Translations under genes and position numbers: made by a program
NCBI GenBank assembly: GCA_963756165.1
Contig: CAVWMO010000004.1
Location: 2,543-66,542 of the forward strand
Source of the DNA: Vulcanimicrobiota bacterium
GTDB lineage: Bacteria; Vulcanimicrobiota; Vulcanimicrobiia; Vulcanimicrobiales; Vulcanimicrobiaceae
Length of the DNA stretch: 64,000 nt
Direction of reading: 5' to 3'
The notes under the pieces: generated by a model
The model's input: the letters and a program-made list of their open reading frames with translations, nothing else
What the model was told of the DNA's origin: nothing
Databases searched by the model: none
Shown here: positions 41,645 through 50,823 of the stretch, piece after piece
Layout: the number at the start of each line of letters is the position of its first letter
Position numbering within the stretch: the first letter of the stretch is position 1

Positions 41645-42271
41645 CTACCACGCGACGAACTTTACGCTGAACGTGTAGTCTCCCGCAATCGGTTTGCAGT
41701 TGCGCAGTGCCGGGCTGTAGCGCGCGTCACGCGCCATCGCGACCGCAACGACGTCCAGCGACGAATTGCCCGTGCTCTGCACGACGCCGGTGCCCGTGAC
41801 TTGCCCGCTCGGATCGAGCTGCACGCGCACGAGCGCGACGCCGCTCGTCCCGTCGGCACGCGCCGCGGGCGCGATGTCGGGCGGCGGCGGCGAGGCGGCG
41901 ATCGCCGCGCCGGCGTTGGCCTGCGTGCATCCGGCGCCCCTGGTCGCGGCGGGCGTGGGCGGCGGCGTGGCGGGAGCCGGCGTGGGCGCGGGCGAGGTCG
42001 CGTAGGCGCTGCCGGAGGGTCCCGCGAGCCCAGTCGGCTTGCGTGGCGGCGCAGAGTTGACGGTGCGGGGCGCCGGCGTGCGCTTGGGAGGCGGCGGGGG
42101 CGGCGTCTGGACCTTTCTCACCGCTATCGACGCGGGCCGATGCTCGATCGAGACGACCTCAGCCTGGCCCTGCGGCGTGGGTGTGGGCGGCCGCAAGATG
42201 AGCGCGACGATCAGATGGACGAACAGCGAGAGCGCGAACGCAATCACCAGCAAACGCGGGATGCGTTTCAT
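41645..42271 (-). CDS. TonB-family energy transducer (second of two).
   Basis: N-terminal TM helix LLVIAFALSLFVHLIVALIL, Pro-rich spacer, and a TonB_C-like C-terminus ..GVALVRVQLDPSGQVTGTGVVQSTGNSSLDVVAVAMARDARYSPA... Confidence 0.8.
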   Translation of the reverse strand: MKRIPRLLVIAFALSLFVHLIVALILRPPTPTPQGQAEVVSIEHRPASIAVRKVQTPPPPPPKRTPAPRTVNSAPPRKPTGLAGPSGSAYATSPAPTPAPATPPPTPAATRGAGCTQANAGAAIAASPPPPDIAPAARADGTSGVALVRVQLDPSGQVTGTGVVQSTGNSSLDVVAVAMARDARYSPALRNCKPIAGDYTFSVKFVAW

Positions 42272-42292
42272 GGCCGATGACGAGCGAGTTGG

Positions 42293-43024
42293 CTAGTCGG
42301 GTTGGAAATCCGCGCGGAAGAGATAATTGCCCGTCGTCGGCGAGCAGTTGATGAGCTTGGGCGAGTAGGTGGATTGGCGCGCAGCGCGCAGCGCCGCCTG
42401 ATCGATCGACATGTTACCCGAGCTCTTGTACACCGAGGCCGAGACCAAGTTGCCGCTGGGGCCCACGGTGACTTCCACGTTGACCGTCACCGCGCCGAGG
42501 CCGAGATCGAGCGCGGATTGCGGATAATCGGGCTGCACCGGATTGGTCACGGTAGCTTCGACGTTTGGATTCGCGCAGGCCGGCTTGGGCGTTCCGGCCG
42601 CCGCGGTGCTGGCCGCCTGCGGCGGCCCCGTTCCCACGCCCTGCGGCGCGCCGTTCTCGCTGCCGCTCTTCGGCTGCGACACCGTGTTTTCGGTTGACCC
42701 GGAGGCGGCTCTGCTCGTTGTGTGAACGAGGTTCACTTTCAGCTTCGGCTGCGGAAGCTGCTGCTGCTTGGGCGGCGGCGTCGCATTCGGCGGCGGGGTC
42801 GGAGTCGGCGGCGGGGTGGGCGTCGGCGGAGGCGGCGTATGAACGATCGTCTTGTGAATCTTGGAGACTGTTACCTTTTCGGTCTGCTGCTCTTCGCTGT
42901 GCTTGAGGACGTTCGGGAAGACGGAGCCGATCACGGCGTGGATCACGAACGAAATGACGAAAGCTAGCGCAAGAAAGTTACGGGTGCGCTCGCCGGTCGT
43001 GATGAATCCGCCGCGCTTGGCCAT
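42293..43024 (-). CDS. TonB-family energy transducer (first of two).
   Basis: TM helix FLALAFVISFVIHAVIGSVF, spacer PPPPTPTPPPTPTPPP, and TonB_C-like ..GAVTVNVEVTVGPSGNLVSASVYKSSGNMSIDQAALRAARQSTYSP... Confidence 0.8.
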   Translation of the reverse strand: MAKRGGFITTGERTRNFLALAFVISFVIHAVIGSVFPNVLKHSEEQQTEKVTVSKIHKTIVHTPPPPTPTPPPTPTPPPNATPPPKQQQLPQPKLKVNLVHTTSRAASGSTENTVSQPKSGSENGAPQGVGTGPPQAASTAAAGTPKPACANPNVEATVTNPVQPDYPQSALDLGLGAVTVNVEVTVGPSGNLVSASVYKSSGNMSIDQAALRAARQSTYSPKLINCSPTTGNYLFRADFQPD

Positions 43025-43027
43025 CGC

Positions 43028-43453
43028 CTACTGGGTCACCCCTTGCGGCGTGCCTTGAACGTGATTCGCGAGGCCGAAGTCGGTGAGGTCCTCGGACTTT
43101 GCCGCGTCCATCACCTGCAGTATGACCCCATAGCTGGTCTTGGGATCCGCCTTGATGATCACGCTTTTGAAGCGATGCCCGGTGGCATCCTGCAGCTGTC
43201 CGAACGCCGCCTTCATGTCCAGTATCGACACCTGGTTGGAGCCGATCTGGACGTGATCGTGTTCGTCGATGATGACGACGATCTGGGACGGCTGCACCTT
43301 GTCCTTGTTAAAGGCTTCGGGCAGCCTCGGCTCTTTCGTGACCGACGCTAAAATGATGAAGATAATGAGCAACACCAACAGCACGTCCGTAAACGGCGTG
43401 ATGTTGATCGTCGACATTACCTCATCTTCGCCCCCGCCCGTGGAAACGGCCAC
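43028..43453 (-). CDS. exbD: ExbD/TolR-family biopolymer transport protein.
   Basis: 141 aa, reading ..INITPFTDVLLVLLIIFIILA..VIIKADPKTSYGVILQVMDAAK... Confidence 0.9.
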   Translation of the reverse strand: MAVSTGGGEDEVMSTINITPFTDVLLVLLIIFIILASVTKEPRLPEAFNKDKVQPSQIVVIIDEHDHVQIGSNQVSILDMKAAFGQLQDATGHRFKSVIIKADPKTSYGVILQVMDAAKSEDLTDFGLANHVQGTPQGVTQ

Positions 43454-43467
43454 GTGCTAAATCCTCC

Positions 43468-43878
43468 CTACGACGTCACGAAGCCGACGTCTTCCAAGCC
43501 GGCATTCTTGGCGGCGTCCAAAATCCGAATGATGACGCCATACGGCGCCTTGGCGTCGGCGACGATGGCGACGTGGTGGTGCGGCTTCTTCTTCGAGGCG
43601 TCGTACATGACCCGATAGATGCCCGTCTGATCCGTTTTCGTCCCATCGACGAAGATTGTGCCCTTGTTGTTGACGTCGACCTCGATGTCGTTCTTGTTCT
43701 TGGGCTGAGTCGACGGATTGTTATTCTTGTTGGGCAGCTCTTTTTCGAAGCCGGGCGGAGCCACCAGCGCGGCGAGAATCATGAAGATGATGAGCAGCAC
43801 GAGCAAGACGTCGGTGAATGGCGTGATGTTGATCTCCGCCATTACCTCTTGCTCTTGTTGCGCCGAGAGCAGTCCCAT
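43468..43878 (-). CDS. exbD: ExbD/TolR-family biopolymer transport protein.
   Basis: 136 aa, reading ..EINITPFTDVLLVLLIIFMILA..VAIVADAKAPYGVIIRILDAAK... Confidence 0.9.
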   Translation of the reverse strand: MGLLSAQQEQEVMAEINITPFTDVLLVLLIIFMILAALVAPPGFEKELPNKNNNPSTQPKNKNDIEVDVNNKGTIFVDGTKTDQTGIYRVMYDASKKKPHHHVAIVADAKAPYGVIIRILDAAKNAGLEDVGFVTS

Positions 43879-43895
43879 GGTCGCGCCTTACCGGC

Positions 43896-44567
43896 TTACT
43901 TAGCGGTCGCTTTTGCCGGTTGATAGAGATCCGTCGGAATCGGCGCGCCGGTGTTATGGAAGTGCAGCATCTCGGCGAGCTGATTGGCGGCGACGATCAT
44001 TTCCTGATTGTAGTTCTTGATCCGCGACTTGAAGAAGTTGAAGAAAACCACCGCGATAACGGCAATGATCAGACCGCTCGCCGTAGTGATCAGCGCCTCC
44101 GAAACGCCGGCGGCGACGACCGCAGGCGTCGAGTTGCCCTTCAGCGCGATGTCTTGGAATGCTCGGATGATGCCCAAGACCGTTCCGAAGAGCCCGACGA
44201 ACGGCGCGATGACGGCGATCGTGCCGATGATCGCTAGGTTGCGCTCCAGCGAGTTGAGGTGCTCCATGAGCGCGATCGACAGCGCGTCGGTAATGTCCGT
44301 GCGGTTCTTCTCGCCACGGCGCAGACCGAACTCGAGAATCCTCGGAAGCATTCCGCGATTCTTCCTGCAGATCGCGATCGCCCCATCGAGATCGTCTTCC
44401 GAAACCTTGGTGCCGATCTGGCGCAGCAGACCCTTGGCGTCGGAGTGCTGCATCCCGAAGAACACCAGGCGTTCGATCACGACGGCGAGACCGACGATTG
44501 AAATGAGCAGCAGCAGCCACATATCCCAGCCGCCCTGCTGCATGAGACCCATAAATCCCGAAAACAC
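43896..44567 (-). CDS. exbB: MotA/TolQ/ExbB-family proton channel.
   Basis: 223 aa, reading ..LAIIGTIAVIAPFVGLFGTVLGIIRAF..AAGVSEALITTASGLIIAV... Confidence 0.9.
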   Translation of the reverse strand: MFSGFMGLMQQGGWDMWLLLLISIVGLAVVIERLVFFGMQHSDAKGLLRQIGTKVSEDDLDGAIAICRKNRGMLPRILEFGLRRGEKNRTDITDALSIALMEHLNSLERNLAIIGTIAVIAPFVGLFGTVLGIIRAFQDIALKGNSTPAVVAAGVSEALITTASGLIIAVIAVVFFNFFKSRIKNYNQEMIVAANQLAEMLHFHNTGAPIPTDLYQPAKATAK

Positions 44568-44665
44568 GGCTCTACGACCCCTCCACTAAACGTGCTCTCC
44601 GCGGTGGCTTTTCCGCCCCGTGAGGGCGCGAGATTGGCCTATTCCGGCCTAAAGTCCTGGTTAAC

Positions 44666-46054
44666 TTAACTACCGCTCCCCGACCCCCCGCTGGGCGCTG
44701 GATTGAGATTTTTTTTGGCGAACGACTCGATCTGCAGGGAGAGCGCTTCATTGCCCTCGGCTTTCGCTTGCTGGTCGGCTTTATTGAGCGCGTCGGCGGC
44801 CTTTTTCTTCGTTCCGTCGTCGCGGCTCGACGCCCACTGCCCCGTCAACGCTATGCCTTCAGCGAAGTTCGCGGCCGCATCGTCGGGCTTGAGCGCCAGG
44901 GCCTTGTCGGCATACGCCTGCATCCGTTTGTAGTCCGGCTTGTCCATCTTTGCAACCAAGAACGCCGCCTGCGTGTAGGCTGTGACGGCGACCTGTGGAT
45001 CGCCGCCGGCGGCTGCCTGATCGAAGTCCTTGAAGGCCTCGGTGTAGTTACTCGCGTTGGCCGCGGCGACGCCCGAGTTGAGCAGCGCGTTCCCGAGGAC
45101 ACGCCCCGGCAGCGTGCTGTTTGGATCCAGCTGCTTCACTTCCGCCGCCATCGCCTGCATGTCTTGCGTATCTTTGGTTTGCAGGTAGGCGTTCATCAGC
45201 GCCGTGTCGATGGCGACCTTGGCGTTAGTCGGCGTCTTGGGATCCGCGAAGGCGGCGGCGTGAACGTGTTTGAGCGTCGCGATGGCGTCCGCGTACTGCT
45301 TGTTCGCCAGCTGCGCCTCGCCGAGGGCGTACTTCGAGTTGGTGCTGGGATCGAGCGCTGCGGCCTTTTGCGCGTAATCCAGCGACTTGGCCGGGTCGCT
45401 CCCGGACACGTCTACGGCGGCTCTCGCAAAGCTCATAGCGGCAATCGGCTTGAACTGCTGGCCGATCGCGCCGACCTTGTCGAAGGCGGCGGCCGCCGTC
45501 GCAAAGTCGCCGCTGTCGAACGCCGCGACGCCGAGCATCTGGCGCAGCGACTCGTCGCCGGGCGACGAGAGCAGCTCCATCTGCGCCTTGGACTTGGCTG
45601 CGGCGTACTGCTTGCTCCGAATCAGCGCGGCGACTTGACCCGCGGCGCCGCTCAGGGATCCGCCCGCCGGCATGCCCGAACCCGACTCGGAACCTTGGCC
45701 GGCAGCATTCGCCACCGACTTCCCGTGGAATTGCAGCGTGAAGTCGTAGAACGCGGTAATCGGCGTCGACCCGCGATGCGCCGGACGATACGACGAGTTC
45801 TGCGCGATCTCCATCGCGGCCGCATTGTCGCCCGGGTTCGTCGAGCTAATCACCTTGATCGCACGGTGCGAACCGTCAGCGTGCACCTCGACCTGGATGA
45901 CGACCTTGCCGCTGCCCACGATCGGCTTCGTGGTCGTTCCCTGATGAAGCAGCTTCGCGGGTATAAATTCGTTCGCGTACTGTGCCAGCGCGGGAGCTCC
46001 GGCGAAGGCGACGAGCGCGGCCGCGGCCGGAGCGACGGCTCTCAGACATTTCAT
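44666..46054 (-). CDS. Secreted protein with an N-terminal TonB_C-like domain followed by TPR-like repeats.
   Basis: ATG at 46054. Signal peptide: MKCLRAVAPAAAALVAFAGAPALA. TonB_C-like region: ..GSGKVVIQVEVHADGSHRAIKVISSTNPGDNAAAMEIAQNSSYRPA... About 330 aa of Ala-rich helical repeats follow. The rest of the 679-aa ORF upstream belongs to the neighbouring gene. Confidence 0.7.
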   Translation of the reverse strand: MKCLRAVAPAAAALVAFAGAPALAQYANEFIPAKLLHQGTTTKPIVGSGKVVIQVEVHADGSHRAIKVISSTNPGDNAAAMEIAQNSSYRPAHRGSTPITAFYDFTLQFHGKSVANAAGQGSESGSGMPAGGSLSGAAGQVAALIRSKQYAAAKSKAQMELLSSPGDESLRQMLGVAAFDSGDFATAAAAFDKVGAIGQQFKPIAAMSFARAAVDVSGSDPAKSLDYAQKAAALDPSTNSKYALGEAQLANKQYADAIATLKHVHAAAFADPKTPTNAKVAIDTALMNAYLQTKDTQDMQAMAAEVKQLDPNSTLPGRVLGNALLNSGVAAANASNYTEAFKDFDQAAAGGDPQVAVTAYTQAAFLVAKMDKPDYKRMQAYADKALALKPDDAAANFAEGIALTGQWASSRDDGTKKKAADALNKADQQAKAEGNEALSLQIESFAKKNLNPAPSGGSGSGS

Positions 46055-46086
46055 GGCGCACCTCACGCGAGGGAGGTACGCGACGG

Positions 46087-46817
46087 TCATGGCGACGGCC
46101 TGCGATGCCGCTCGAGCGCCGCGCGCTCGCGGTCGGTCAATCGCCGGAACCGACCGGGCGGCAGCGTGCCGAGTTTGAGGGGGCCGAATCGCGTGCGCGT
46201 CAATGCGAGAACGCGATGTCCGAGCGCCTCGAACATCCGGCGCACTTGGCGGTTGCGTCCCTCGTGAATCGTCACGTCGACGACGCTGCCGCCGCGGCGC
46301 GTCGCGACGACGCGCACCTTGGCGCCGGCGGCGCGAAACTCGGGCAGCGTAACACCGTGGATCAGACGACGTACGTCTTCCGTAGTCAGTCGTCCCGCGA
46401 ACGCGGCGCGATACGTCTTCTCGACGCCGAACCGCGGGTGGAGCAGCCTGATGCGCCAGCTCGCCGTCGTCGGTGAGCAGCAGCGCGCCGGACGTCGCAT
46501 AGTCGAGCCGTCCCACCGGAAACACTCCAGGATGCTGCGGCAAGAAATCGCCAACGCTGGAGCGCCCCTGCGGATCATGCATCGTCGTCACTACGCCGAT
46601 CGGCTTATTCAGCAACAGATATGTGTGCTCGCCGGGGATCTCGACGACGCTTCCGTCCACCTCAACCCGATCGCCGGCCTCGACCGACACGCCCAACTCG
46701 GTCACGCGCTTGCCGTTGACGTGAACGCGTCCACTCGCAATGAGTTCGTCGGCGTGTCGCCGCGAAGCACGCCGGCGCGTGCCAAAAATTTATTGAGCCC
46801 GCGTCGCCCGTCCCCAT
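46087..46817 (-). CDS. rluB: RsuA/RluB-family pseudouridine synthase (S4 domain plus catalytic domain), with two or three frame changes.
   Basis: Reads ..LNKFLARAGV | ASRRHADELIASGRVHVNGKRVTELGVSV..YLLLNKPIGVVTT..VGRLDYATSGALLLTDDGELAH | RLLHPRFGVEKTYRA..IHEGRNRQVRRMFEALG... Switches are at about 46795, 46766 and 46450. Confidence 0.75.
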
Positions 46818-46857
46818 GACAATAATCGGCGTTCAGAAGCGCTCGGCGTCCGTCATG

Positions 46858-46975
46858 ACGTGCTGCCGAGGAAGCTCCCGACCGCCGAGCGGCGCCATGG
46901 AGGGCGAGAGCGAGGCGGTCGGGGCAGCAGCAGCGGAGCCCGTGATGTGCGGAGCGACGAGCGGTTCCGAGGCAT
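46858..46975 (+). repeat. Dispersed intergenic repeat, copy A (REP/MITE-like), between rluB and rho.
   Basis: Aligns to the reverse complement of 55691-55833 at roughly 85-90% identity by eye. Shared blocks are GAGGAAGCTCCCGACCGCCGAGC, CGCCATGGA, GAGCGAGGCGG, GGGGCAGCA and GCGGAGCGACGAGCGGTTCCGA. Confidence 0.8.
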
Positions 46976-47007
46976 CATGTCATATCGACACGTGCGCGCG
47001 GGAACGA

Positions 47008-48303
47008 CTAGTATTTCCCGTTATCTTCGTAGCCGCGCGACATCGACATCGCCTCTTTGGTGACCGACTGCAAGAACTCTTCGTTCGTGCGGGTCTGTAC
47101 CATCTTGTCGAGGATGATCTCGGTGATGTCGCCGGTGTTGAGGACCGCGGTCGCACGCCGCAGCATCCAGATCTTACGCATCTCTTCGGGCGAGAGCAGC
47201 AGCTCTTCGCGCCGCGTGCCCGAGCGCTTGATGTCGATCGCCGGAAAAACGCGCGACTCGGCCAGCTTGCGCGTGAGGTTGAGCTCCATGTTGCCCGTGC
47301 CCTTGAACTCTTCGAAGATAACGTCGTCCATCTTCGATCCCGTCTCGATCAGGGCGGTTCCGACGATCGTCAGCGATCCTCCGTTCTCTATCTTGCGCGC
47401 CGCGCCGAAGAAACGTTTCGGCTTGTGCAGCGAGGCCGTGTCGAGGCCGCCTGAAAGGGTGCGGCCCGAGCTCGCGACCACCTGATTGTAGGCGCGGGCG
47501 AGGCGCGTAATCGAGTCGAGCAGAATCACGACGTCCTTACCGAGCTCGACGAGGCGCTTGGCACGCTCCATCGTGAGCTCCGCGACCGTCGTGTGGTTCT
47601 CGGGATGCTCGTCGAAAGTCGAGGCGACCACCTCGCCGTCGATGGTGCGCTGCATGTCGGTGACTTCTTCGGGACGCTCGTCCACGAGCAGCGCGATGAT
47701 GTGAGCATCCGGGTGATTGATGGAGATGCCTTGCGCGATATTCTTGAGCAGCGTCGTCTTGCCGGCCTTGGGCGGCGAGACGATCAGCGCGCGCTGGCCT
47801 TTGCCGATCGGCGAAAACAGATCGATGACTCGCGTCGAGAGCTGCGTCGAGCGGTTTTCGAGCTTGAACCGCTCCTCGGGGAAGATCGGCGTGCCCTTTT
47901 CGAAGACCGGCCGGCCCTTGATGGCCTCCGGATCGAGCTCGTTGACCTTGTCCACGCGGATCAGCCCGTAATACTTCTCGCTCTCCTTCGGCCGGCGGGC
48001 CTGGCCCTCGACCATGTCGCCGCGACGAAGCTCGAACCGCCGTATCTGCGACTGACTGACGTAGATGTCGTCGTTTCCGATGTAGTAGCCCGCGCGGCGC
48101 AAGAACCCGTATCCCTCGGGCAGGATGTCGAGAATCCCGCTCGCCACTTCGATCCCGGACCGGGAGATCTGCGCCTGCACCAGCAGCGTGACGATCTCGT
48201 CCTTCTTGACCTTGGCCGGAGTCGGAATCTCGACTTCGAGCTCCTTGGCGATGTCGAGCAGCTCGCTCTTCGTCTTCTCGCCGAGCTGAGCCGCGGTGAG
48301 CAT
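47008..48303 (-). CDS. rho: Transcription termination factor Rho.
   Basis: Reads MLTAAQLGEKTKSELLDIAKEL..GYGFLR..GQRALIVSPPKAGKTTLL..LVDERPEEV... The ORF track extends to 48489 with an Arg-rich extension of uncertain reality. Confidence 0.9.
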   Translation of the reverse strand: MLTAAQLGEKTKSELLDIAKELEVEIPTPAKVKKDEIVTLLVQAQISRSGIEVASGILDILPEGYGFLRRAGYYIGNDDIYVSQSQIRRFELRRGDMVEGQARRPKESEKYYGLIRVDKVNELDPEAIKGRPVFEKGTPIFPEERFKLENRSTQLSTRVIDLFSPIGKGQRALIVSPPKAGKTTLLKNIAQGISINHPDAHIIALLVDERPEEVTDMQRTIDGEVVASTFDEHPENHTTVAELTMERAKRLVELGKDVVILLDSITRLARAYNQVVASSGRTLSGGLDTASLHKPKRFFGAARKIENGGSLTIVGTALIETGSKMDDVIFEEFKGTGNMELNLTRKLAESRVFPAIDIKRSGTRREELLLSPEEMRKIWMLRRATAVLNTGDITEIILDKMVQTRTNEEFLQSVTKEAMSMSRGYEDNGKY

Positions 48304-48630
48304 CGGCGGCACTTCTACCTGCGGAAGCTGCTCGGGATATGCCGCCGGGTGTTGCGCAAAGTGATGGCGGCGCCGCGAACGCCGGCGGCGGCCGCCGCCC
48401 TGCTGGCGCGCATCATTATTGAAACGTTGTTCGGTGTTGGGGCGATGTTCGGTTTGCAGAAGAGTCTCTCGCTGTTCAGAGCCGCACACGTCAAGCTTGC
48501 AGGTCGAAGACGAGGCGAGGCTGCCTGCGCTTTTCAGACCGGCGACGTGAGCGAGGAGATATCAAAGGCTGTCGCAGCCGTCAAAAGAGACGCCGCGACG
48601 CCCACACTATAACACAGGCGGAGCACGCCA

Positions 48631-49230
48631 TCAAGCCGGGCTCAAGCGAGCCGGACCGCTGACATAGGGATTTCCTGCCTCGTAGAAGCGAAGGCGTCTC
48701 CGCGCGGCCTTGGTTACTCCGATGCGTCGGCTTCGCCTTACGCGCATACGACCGCCCGCCGTCTGCGCAATCCAAAGCTGGTCGTGCGTCACAGGATCGA
48801 GCCCGTCAAATGAGCGATCGATCGCGAGAGCGCGGCAGAGCCGTCCCGGACCGCGGCACAGATCTCTGACGCGTGTCATTGCGCACCGAGCCTGCATCAG
48901 CCCGAGACCCTCAATCGGTTCCAGAGCGCGCACCAGCACGCCCGCGCCTTCTCCGGCCGGTTCGCTCGAGAGGTTGAAACAGTACGACACCCCGTAAATC
49001 TGATAAACGTATGCTCGATGCGGCGGGCCGAAGAGCGTTGCATTGCGCAGGCTCTTGCCGCGATACGCGTGGCACGCCGGATCGCCGGGCAGATAGGCCT
49101 CGGTCTCCACGATCCTTCCGGCGGTCATGCCCTCGCTGCTTTCGCGTACGAGCACGCAGCCGAGCAGCGCGTGCGCTAGCGCTTCCGTTTCGATGGGCAA
49201 CAACGGCGGCGCGAGCCGGGTGAAGGTCAT
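48631..49230 (-). CDS. mpg: DNA-3-methyladenine glycosylase (Mpg/AAG family).
   Basis: 199 aa, reading ..LLGCVLVRE..GRIVETEAYLPGDPACHAYRG..ATLFGPPHRAYVYQIYG... Confidence 0.85.
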   Translation of the reverse strand: MTFTRLAPPLLPIETEALAHALLGCVLVRESSEGMTAGRIVETEAYLPGDPACHAYRGKSLRNATLFGPPHRAYVYQIYGVSYCFNLSSEPAGEGAGVLVRALEPIEGLGLMQARCAMTRVRDLCRGPGRLCRALAIDRSFDGLDPVTHDQLWIAQTAGGRMRVRRSRRIGVTKAARRRLRFYEAGNPYVSGPARLSPA

Positions 49231-49634
49231 GCAGCCAGGTTCAGCGCTACTTCGGCCCGTGCCCTTTGCGTGAGATCGTCGGTCGCTCCGGCGGCGACGC
49301 TAAACTCGGAAAGCGAGTTCAGTACGCAACGCAGGCGGACGTAGGGAAGCACGAGCGACTCGGACGGCTCGCGCCGCTTCGCGATCTCTTCGACGAGCTC
49401 CACATCATGTAAGACGAAGCGCAGATTCTCGAAACCGCGATCGCGCAGCGCTCGAGCGACGGCCGTCACAGCGGCGTACCCACCGGCTCGGTTGGAGCCC
49501 GGAACGGTCCTGAAGGTCGATCGCAGGAGTTTAGGCGCGCCCGAGCCGCTCAGGAGCGCATAGGCGAGGCCGAGTCCACGCGGCCCCACCGCGTAGCCGA
49601 TTGCCGCTTCCACCCCTGACCTCGAGACTCGCAT
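49227..49634 (-). CDS. Hypothetical protein with a possible degenerate RNase H-like (RVT_3-like) fold.
   Basis: 135 aa with an ATGA overlap with mpg. Its pattern ..AAIGYAV..NRAGGYAAVTAVARALRDRGFENLRFVLHDVELVEEI.. resembles RNase H-like domains but lacks the usual acidic residues. Confidence 0.4.
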   Translation of the reverse strand: MRVSRSGVEAAIGYAVGPRGLGLAYALLSGSGAPKLLRSTFRTVPGSNRAGGYAAVTAVARALRDRGFENLRFVLHDVELVEEIAKRREPSESLVLPYVRLRCVLNSLSEFSVAAGATDDLTQRARAEVALNLAA

Positions 49635-49677
49635 GTCATCAGCCTCATACCCAGTTTATAGCGAACGTATGTTCGAG

Positions 49678-50823
49678 TCAAGCGATCTGGGCCGGTTGGA
49701 GAAGGCTGGCATAGAGGGCGAGGGTGCGGTTCGTCTGTGCGTCGAGTGAGAACCGTTCGGCGGCCTGGCGGGCGGCCGCGGAGACGGCTCGATCCGGCTG
49801 CTCCGGGATCGCACGCAGCGCTCGCGCGAAGCTCTCCACGTTCGGTTCCGCGACGATGCCGGCACCGTCCAGAACGTCGCGGCTCTGCGCCGAATCGGAA
49901 GCGATGACCCGAGCGCCCGCCGCGAGCGCCTCAGCCAAAACTAGGCCCTGAGTCTCGGTCGTGCTGGGCATCGCGAAGGCGTCAGCGCTCGCATAGTGAT
50001 CCGGGAGCTCCGTGCGGGGCACCGCACCCAGAAACCGCGTCTGGGCGGTCACACCGGCCGTCCGCGCGAGTTGCTCGAGCTCGGTTCGCGCCGGGCCGTC
50101 TCCGGCGATCGCCAGCCGCAGCGAGGGATCCCGCGCTGCGGCGAGTCCGCGGAGCAGCAGCTCGACGTTCTTCTCCTTCGCCAGCCGCCCGACCGAGAGC
50201 ACGAGACGCTCGCCGGAGCTAGCTCCCAGTTTCGCACGCAGCGCCGCATCACGGCGCCCCGCGCCGAAGCGCGCGACATCGATGCCGCTTGGCACGATCT
50301 CGATGCGGGTGCGGACGCGCATCTCGATCAGCCGCTGGGCCATCGCGCGGGTTGGCACGATGACGGCATCGGTCATGTTCGCAAAGGCGCGCGTCAGCTG
50401 CGTCGCCGCGAATCGCGTCGCGTTCGGTTCGAACGGAACGTAGTGCGCGTAAGCCTCCAGCTGCGTATGGTACGTGTACACGAGCGGCATGCCGTAACGC
50501 CGCGAGTAACGGAGGCCCATCCAACCGGTCACGAACGGCGAGTGGACGTGCACGATGGAAAGCCGCTTGATCACGCCGTTGAGATTGCGCCGGCTTACGA
50601 GAGGGAGCGTCAAGCGGTAAGGCGTCCGCGTCGGCAGGGGCAGCGACGGCATTCTGAAGACGGCTCCGTCGGCCTCGTCGTATCCCGGGATGCGCGGCGT
50701 GAAGCAGTAGACGGAATGCCCGCGCGACCGCAAGCCTTCGGCGAGGCCCTCGATAGAAGCTACGACGCCGTTGACGACCGGCAGGTAAATCTCCGTGAAA
50801 AAACCGACGCGCAGCGACTCCAT
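49678..50823 (-). CDS. Glycosyltransferase family 4 (GT-B).
   Basis: 381 aa, reading MESLRVGFFTEIYLPVVNGVVASI.. and the C-terminal domain ..FAMPSTTETQGLVLAEALAAG... Confidence 0.85.
   Translation of the reverse strand: MESLRVGFFTEIYLPVVNGVVASIEGLAEGLRSRGHSVYCFTPRIPGYDEADGAVFRMPSLPLPTRTPYRLTLPLVSRRNLNGVIKRLSIVHVHSPFVTGWMGLRYSRRYGMPLVYTYHTQLEAYAHYVPFEPNATRFAATQLTRAFANMTDAVIVPTRAMAQRLIEMRVRTRIEIVPSGIDVARFGAGRRDAALRAKLGASSGERLVLSVGRLAKEKNVELLLRGLAAARDPSLRLAIAGDGPARTELEQLARTAGVTAQTRFLGAVPRTELPDHYASADAFAMPSTTETQGLVLAEALAAGARVIASDSAQSRDVLDGAGIVAEPNVESFARALRAIPEQPDRAVSAAARQAAERFSLDAQTNRTLALYASLLQPAQIA

Noticed and set aside
43000-44700. Locally lower GC content over exbB/exbD, considered as a sign of horizontal transfer.
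   Set aside because: The drop coincides with hydrophobic membrane-protein coding sequence. The flanks carry no integrase, tRNA or direct repeats, and the genes are embedded in a co-directional core operon.
48304-48489. An Arg-rich N-terminal extension of Rho (start at 48489).
   Set aside because: The canonical Rho N-terminus (MLTAAQLGEKTKSELLDIAKEL) begins at 48303. The extension has no recognisable domain and may be 5' leader. It is left as an alternative start only.
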